Assembly: GCA_030526225.1 (NCBI GenBank)
Contig: JAUNDF010000040.1
Location: 1-19,153 of the forward strand
Source of the DNA: Clostridia bacterium
GTDB taxonomy: Bacteria > Bacillota > Clostridia > Christensenellales > Aristaeellaceae
DNA length: 19,153 nt
Reading direction: 5' to 3'
This document shows, one piece after another, positions 15,800 to 19,153 of this stretch. The translations under genes and the position numbers were made by a program. Each line of letters starts with the position of its first letter. The stretch's first letter is position 1. A model generated the notes under the pieces. That model did not search any database. It saw nothing but the letters and a program-made list of their open reading frames with translations, and was not told the DNA's origin.

Positions 15800-15828
15800 T
15801 AGACAAACGCCTGCAAACATGGTATAAT
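15800..15828 (+). promoter_or_regulatory. Candidate rpsO promoter
   Basis: TAGACA at 15800-15805, a 17-nt spacer, and TATAAT at 15823-15828 preceded by TGG (extended -10-like). Confidence 0.5.
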
Positions 15829-15929
15829 TTTACGCGGTTTCAGAACCGTTTACGCAGGTGACCGATCACTCCGACGGCATGCTTCGTACACGGCGATTGG
15901 CCTAAATGTTTTAATGGAGGGAATTCCCA

Positions 15930-16184
15930 ATGACCAAGGCAGAAATCATCAAGAACTTTGCTACCCATGAAGGCGACACCGGTTCTCCCGAGGTGCAGGT
16001 CGCTCTGCTGACCGAGCGCATCAACCACCTGAACGAGCACCTGAAGTCCAACCGCAACGACCATCACTCCAACCGTGGTCTGCTGCTGATGGTTGGCCGT
16101 CGCCGCGGTCTGCTGGAGTACCTGAAGAAGACCGACATCGAGCGCTATCGTGCCCTGATTGCCAAGCTGAACCTGCGTAAGTAA
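15930..16184 (+). CDS. rpsO: 30S ribosomal protein S15
   Basis: The 84-aa product has [37 protein letters not shown]-type S15 sequence. GGAGGG lies upstream. The stop is TAA. Confidence 0.95.
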   Translation: MTKAEIIKNFATHEGDTGSPEVQVALLTERINHLNEHLKSNRNDHHSNRGLLLMVGRRRGLLEYLKKTDIERYRALIAKLNLRK

Positions 16185-16189
16185 TTTTA

Positions 16190-16264
16190 GCAGGCGGCTA
16201 AGGTCTTCCGGTGCCCGCCCGGCACATGGACAAGCTGTATAAGGCCGCCAGACGCCTGCTTTTT
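16190..16264 (+). terminator. rpsO terminator/attenuator: a long compound hairpin plus a T-tract
   Basis: GCAGGCG (16190-16196) pairs with CGCCTGC (16253-16259). An inner GTGCC/GGCAC hairpin is enclosed, and TTTTT follows at 16260-16264. Confidence 0.5.
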
Positions 16265-16447
16265 GTGCGCGTTCGGCGGCTTTTATACGGATGCCGCACA
16301 GACAATGCGGAAGGGAAGCTGCCCTTTCGCGGCATGGTCGCTTTTCGGATGTTATCCCTTGAAAATCCCGTCTTTCGGGGGTTTTCATATGATAGCATCC
16401 GGGAGCGAGTGACATTCATCCTTTGGCGGATGAAAAAGGAGATAAAC
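16265..16447 (+). promoter_or_regulatory. Structured pnp 5' leader
   Basis: Several hairpins are visible by eye: ATGCCGC (16291-16297) / GCGGCAT (16329-16335); CCCG-TCTTT-CGGGGGTTTT (16367-16385); and TTCATCC (16415-16421) / GGATGAA (16428-16434), directly abutting the SD AAGGAG (16436-16441). Confidence 0.35.
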
Positions 16448-18604
16448 ATGGATTACAAGTCTTTTACAATGGACCTGGCAGGCCGCAACCTGACCCTGGA
16501 GTTCGGTAAGTATTGCGAGCAGGCCAACGGCAGCGTTTGGGTTCACCTGGGCGATACCGTGGTGATGGTCAACGCCACCATGGCCCCCGCTCCCCGCACC
16601 GGTGTTGACTTCTTCCCTCTTGCAGTAGACGTGGAAGAAAAGCAGTATTCTGTGGGCAAGATCCCCGGCGGCTTCATCAAGCGTGAAGGCCGTCCCAGCG
16701 ACAAGGCTACCCTGACCTGCCGCCTGATCGACCGCCCCCTGCGCCCCCTGTTCAACAAGGGCATGCGCAATGACGTGCAGGTGGTTGTAACCATCCTGTC
16801 CGTTGAGCAGGATGTTCCCCCGGAAATCCCCGCCATGATCGGTTCTTCCATCGCGCTGGCTGTTTCCGATATTCCGTGGAACGGCCCCACCGGCGCTGTG
16901 CTGGTTGGCCGCGTGAACGGCGAGTTCGTCATCAACCCCGATGAGGAGCAGCGCAAGGAATCCGACCTGAGCCTGTATGTTGCCGGTACCGAGGAAGCCA
17001 TCATGATGGTTGAGGCCGGTGCAAACGAGCTGAGCGAGGATACCATGCTGGATGCCATCCTCTTCGGCCATGAATACATCAAGAAGCTGGTTGCCTTCCA
17101 GAAGCAGATTGTTGCTGAAATCGGCAAGGCCAAGGTGGAAGTTCCCCTGAACGTGACCGGCGACGATGTGAAGGCTGCCGTTCGCGAGTTTGCCTATGAC
17201 AAGTGCGTATGGGTATTCGAGACCTTCGACCGCTCCGAGCGTCAGGCCCGTGAGGCTCAGGTGAAGGAAGAGACCATGACCGCTCTGGCTGAACAGTTCC
17301 CCGAGCGCGAGGCCGAAATCGCCGATGCACTGTACTACCTCAACAAGGAAGTCATGCGCAAGAAGATTCTGGACGAGGGCATCCGCCCCGACGGCCGCAA
17401 GGTCACCGAGGTTCGCCCCATCTGGTGCGAGGTTGGCGTGCTGCCCCGCGTACACGGCTCCGCCATTTTCACCCGCGGCCAGACCCAGGCCCTGACCGTA
17501 ACCACCCTGGGCGCCACTGCCGAGGGTCAGGTGCTGGACGGCCTGAGCAGCGAAACCTTCAAGCGTTATATTCACCAGTACAACATGCCGCCCTATGCCA
17601 CCGGTGAAGCCGGCCGCATGAAGAGCCCCGGCCGCCGTGAAATCGGCCACGGCGCTCTGGCTGAGCGTGCTCTGCTGCCCGTGATCCCCACCGAGGAAGA
17701 GTTCCCCTATGCATACCGTCTGGTCAGCGAAATCCTGTCCTCCAACGGTTCTTCCTCCATGGCCTCCGTTTGCGGCTCCACCCTGTCCCTGATGGATGCC
17801 GGTGTTCCGATTCATGCCCCCGTTGCCGGTGTGGCCATGGGTCTGATTACCAACACCGAAACCAATCAGCTGGCTGTGCTGACCGACATTCAGGGTCTGG
17901 AAGACTTCCTGGGCGACATGGACTTCAAGGTAGCCGGCACCATGAACGGCATCACTGCCCTGCAGATGGACATCAAGATTGCCGGCATCAACCGTGAAAT
18001 CCTGTCCAAGGCTCTGTCTCAGGCACTGGAAGGCCGCCTGCACATCCTGGGCATCATGCTGGAGACTCTGGGTCAGCCCCGTGAGGAGCTGTCTCCCTAC
18101 GCTCCCAAGATTGTCCGCTTCACCATCAACCCCGAAAAGATTCGTGAGGTGATTGGACCCGGCGGCAAGATGATCAACAAGATTATCGCCGAGACCGGCG
18201 TGAAGATTGACATCGAGGATGATGGCCGCGTGTTCATCTCCACCCCCGATGCCGATGCTGCCGCCAAGGCCCGCCGCATCATCGAGGGCATTGCCAAGGA
18301 TATCGAAGTGGGCGATGTGTTCACCGGCAAGGTTGTCCGCATCATGAACTTCGGTGCCTTCGTTGAGCTGGCCCCCGGCAAGGATGGCATGATTCACATC
18401 TCCAAGCTGGACAACAAGCGCGTGGAGAAGGTGGAAGATGTGGTGAACATCGGTGATGAGATTGAAGTCAAGGTCAACGAGATTGACGCTCAGGGCCGCA
18501 TCAACCTCATCCGCAACGACATTGTTTATGACAATCTCGCTGCACGCCGTCCCGAAGGACAGCAGATTCGCACCCGTCCTCCCCGCCGTGACGGCCGTCA
18601 GTAA
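16448..18604 (+). CDS. pnp: Polyribonucleotide nucleotidyltransferase (PNPase)
   Basis: The 718-aa product has two RNase PH domains, then KH ([15 protein letters not shown]) and S1 ([20 protein letters not shown]) domains. AAAAAGGAG lies before ATG at 16448. The ORF-track start at 16211 is an upstream open-frame artefact. The stop is TAA. Confidence 0.95.
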   Translation: MDYKSFTMDLAGRNLTLEFGKYCEQANGSVWVHLGDTVVMVNATMAPAPRTGVDFFPLAVDVEEKQYSVGKIPGGFIKREGRPSDKATLTCRLIDRPLRPLFNKGMRNDVQVVVTILSVEQDVPPEIPAMIGSSIALAVSDIPWNGPTGAVLVGRVNGEFVINPDEEQRKESDLSLYVAGTEEAIMMVEAGANELSEDTMLDAILFGHEYIKKLVAFQKQIVAEIGKAKVEVPLNVTGDDVKAAVREFAYDKCVWVFETFDRSERQAREAQVKEETMTALAEQFPEREAEIADALYYLNKEVMRKKILDEGIRPDGRKVTEVRPIWCEVGVLPRVHGSAIFTRGQTQALTVTTLGATAEGQVLDGLSSETFKRYIHQYNMPPYATGEAGRMKSPGRREIGHGALAERALLPVIPTEEEFPYAYRLVSEILSSNGSSSMASVCGSTLSLMDAGVPIHAPVAGVAMGLITNTETNQLAVLTDIQGLEDFLGDMDFKVAGTMNGITALQMDIKIAGINREILSKALSQALEGRLHILGIMLETLGQPREELSPYAPKIVRFTINPEKIREVIGPGGKMINKIIAETGVKIDIEDDGRVFISTPDADAAAKARRIIEGIAKDIEVGDVFTGKVVRIMNFGAFVELAPGKDGMIHISKLDNKRVEKVEDVVNIGDEIEVKVNEIDAQGRINLIRNDIVYDNLAARRPEGQQIRTRPPRRDGRQ

Positions 18605-18631
18605 TCCCTGACGCAAACCCTATGACCAAAT

Positions 18632-18668
18632 ACAGCCCGACGAACTCGCCGGGCTGTTCTTTCTATAT
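18632..18668 (+). terminator. pnp intrinsic terminator (possibly leaky)
   Basis: ACAGCCCG (18632-18639) / CGGGCTGT (18650-18657), followed by TCTTTCTATATTTT. Confidence 0.5.
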
Positions 18669-18682
18669 TTTGGGAGAATTGT

Positions 18683-19153
18683 ATGACGCAAAAAAAGAAT
18701 GTGGAACGGCTGCGCGATACGTGGACGCTGCCCAACGGCCTGCGTGTGATTGGTGAACGGCTGCCCTATTTGCGGTCGGTTTCCATCGGCGTGTGGCTGC
18801 GGGTGGGTTCCATGCAGGAGCTGCCCCATGAAAACGGCCTGAGCCATTATCTGGAGCACATGGTGTTCAAGGGAACCACCCACCGCAATGCCCGGCAGAT
18901 TGCCGAGGCCATGGATGCTGTGGGCGGTCAGCTGAACGCTTTTACGGGCAAGGACTGCACCTGCATTTACGCCAAGGTGATTGACGAGGACATCCGCCTT
19001 GCCATGGATGTGCTCAGCGACCTGTCCATCCATGCCACGCTGGACGAAGCTGAGTTCAACAAGGAACGCGGTGTGATTCTGGAAGAAATCGCCATGGACG
19101 AGGATTCCCCCGAGGATCTGGTGCACGAGCTGCTCAGCCGGGCCCAGTTCGGG
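18683..19153 (+). CDS. M16 family zinc peptidase (pitrilysin-like). Only the 5' part is present; the gene runs off the window.
   Basis: GGGAGA lies 5 nt before ATG at 18683. The sequence reads ...GVWLRVGSMQELPHENGLSHYLEHMVFKGT, containing the inverted zinc motif HxxEH, and later NKERGVILEEI. The frame is open to the window end. It is not in the ORF track because it has no stop. Confidence 0.85.
   Translation, partial: MTQKKNVERLRDTWTLPNGLRVIGERLPYLRSVSIGVWLRVGSMQELPHENGLSHYLEHMVFKGTTHRNARQIAEAMDAVGGQLNAFTGKDCTCIYAKVIDEDIRLAMDVLSDLSIHATLDEAEFNKERGVILEEIAMDEDSPEDLVHELLSRAQFG

Noticed and set aside
15791-15817. A 7-bp inverted repeat, TGCAGGC...GCCTGCA, after the nitroreductase gene, considered as a terminator.
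   Set aside because: No T-tract follows it, and it overlaps the candidate rpsO -35 and spacer, so I cannot support a terminator call.
16211-16447. The ORF-track N-terminal extension of pnp (start at 16211). Similar extensions exist for the GT2 gene (3408-3467), TetR (532-624) and the HAD gene (14357-14377).
   Set aside because: The extensions have no SD and encode non-homologous sequence. They overlap promoters, terminators or leader structure. Internal starts with good SDs give the canonical N-termini: [10 protein letters not shown] for PNPase, MEIVKII for the GT2 gene, and VDIKAILFDLDG for the HAD gene.
1-19153. A search by eye for CRISPR repeats, tRNA or rRNA genes, transposases, integrases, phage genes and classic defence-system components.
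   Set aside because: None was seen. The intergenic regions are short (40-280 nt) and are accounted for by promoters, terminators and leaders. A computational scan (tRNAscan, Infernal) would be needed for certainty.

Overview
This is a 19.2 kb chromosomal segment of about 57-58% GC. The strong AGGAGG-type ribosome binding sites and the rpsO-pnp-M16 peptidase gene order look Firmicutes/Clostridia-like, which is an inference. I support 20 protein-coding genes and found no rRNA, tRNA, CRISPR array, transposase or integrase.

Gene content, left to right:
- the 3' end of a flavoprotein oxidoreductase with a C-terminal FMN_bind domain
- a TetR / GyrI-like / small membrane protein operon, with a consensus promoter and two operator dyads
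- a processive family-2 glycosyltransferase (-)
- a secreted C69 dipeptidase (+)
- a minus-strand operon: 29-aa Cys-rich ORF, then MBL-fold hydrolase, then MgtC
- a roughly 730-codon fusion of a LacI HTH, a PBP1 domain and a solute-binding-protein domain (+)
- a minus-strand operon: HAD phosphatase, SDR, small TM protein, YfcE phosphodiesterase, then a 901-aa lipase-like polytopic membrane protein
- a YjjG-like HAD and a nitroreductase (+)
- rpsO, a structured leader, pnp, and the start of an M16 peptidase (+)

The main observation is five in-frame TAG codons that interrupt four otherwise intact, conserved genes: the C69 dipeptidase, MgtC, the LacI-SBP fusion (twice) and the SDR. The reading frame and family motifs continue on both sides of every TAG. 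None of the 19 gene ends I could read uses TAG (12 TAA, 7 TGA). This fits amber-codon reassignment or efficient suppression, or else a systematic G>T artefact or recent TAG-only nonsense alleles. Whole-genome data are needed to decide. The long ORF-track entries antisense to real genes are shadow ORFs and were rejected.
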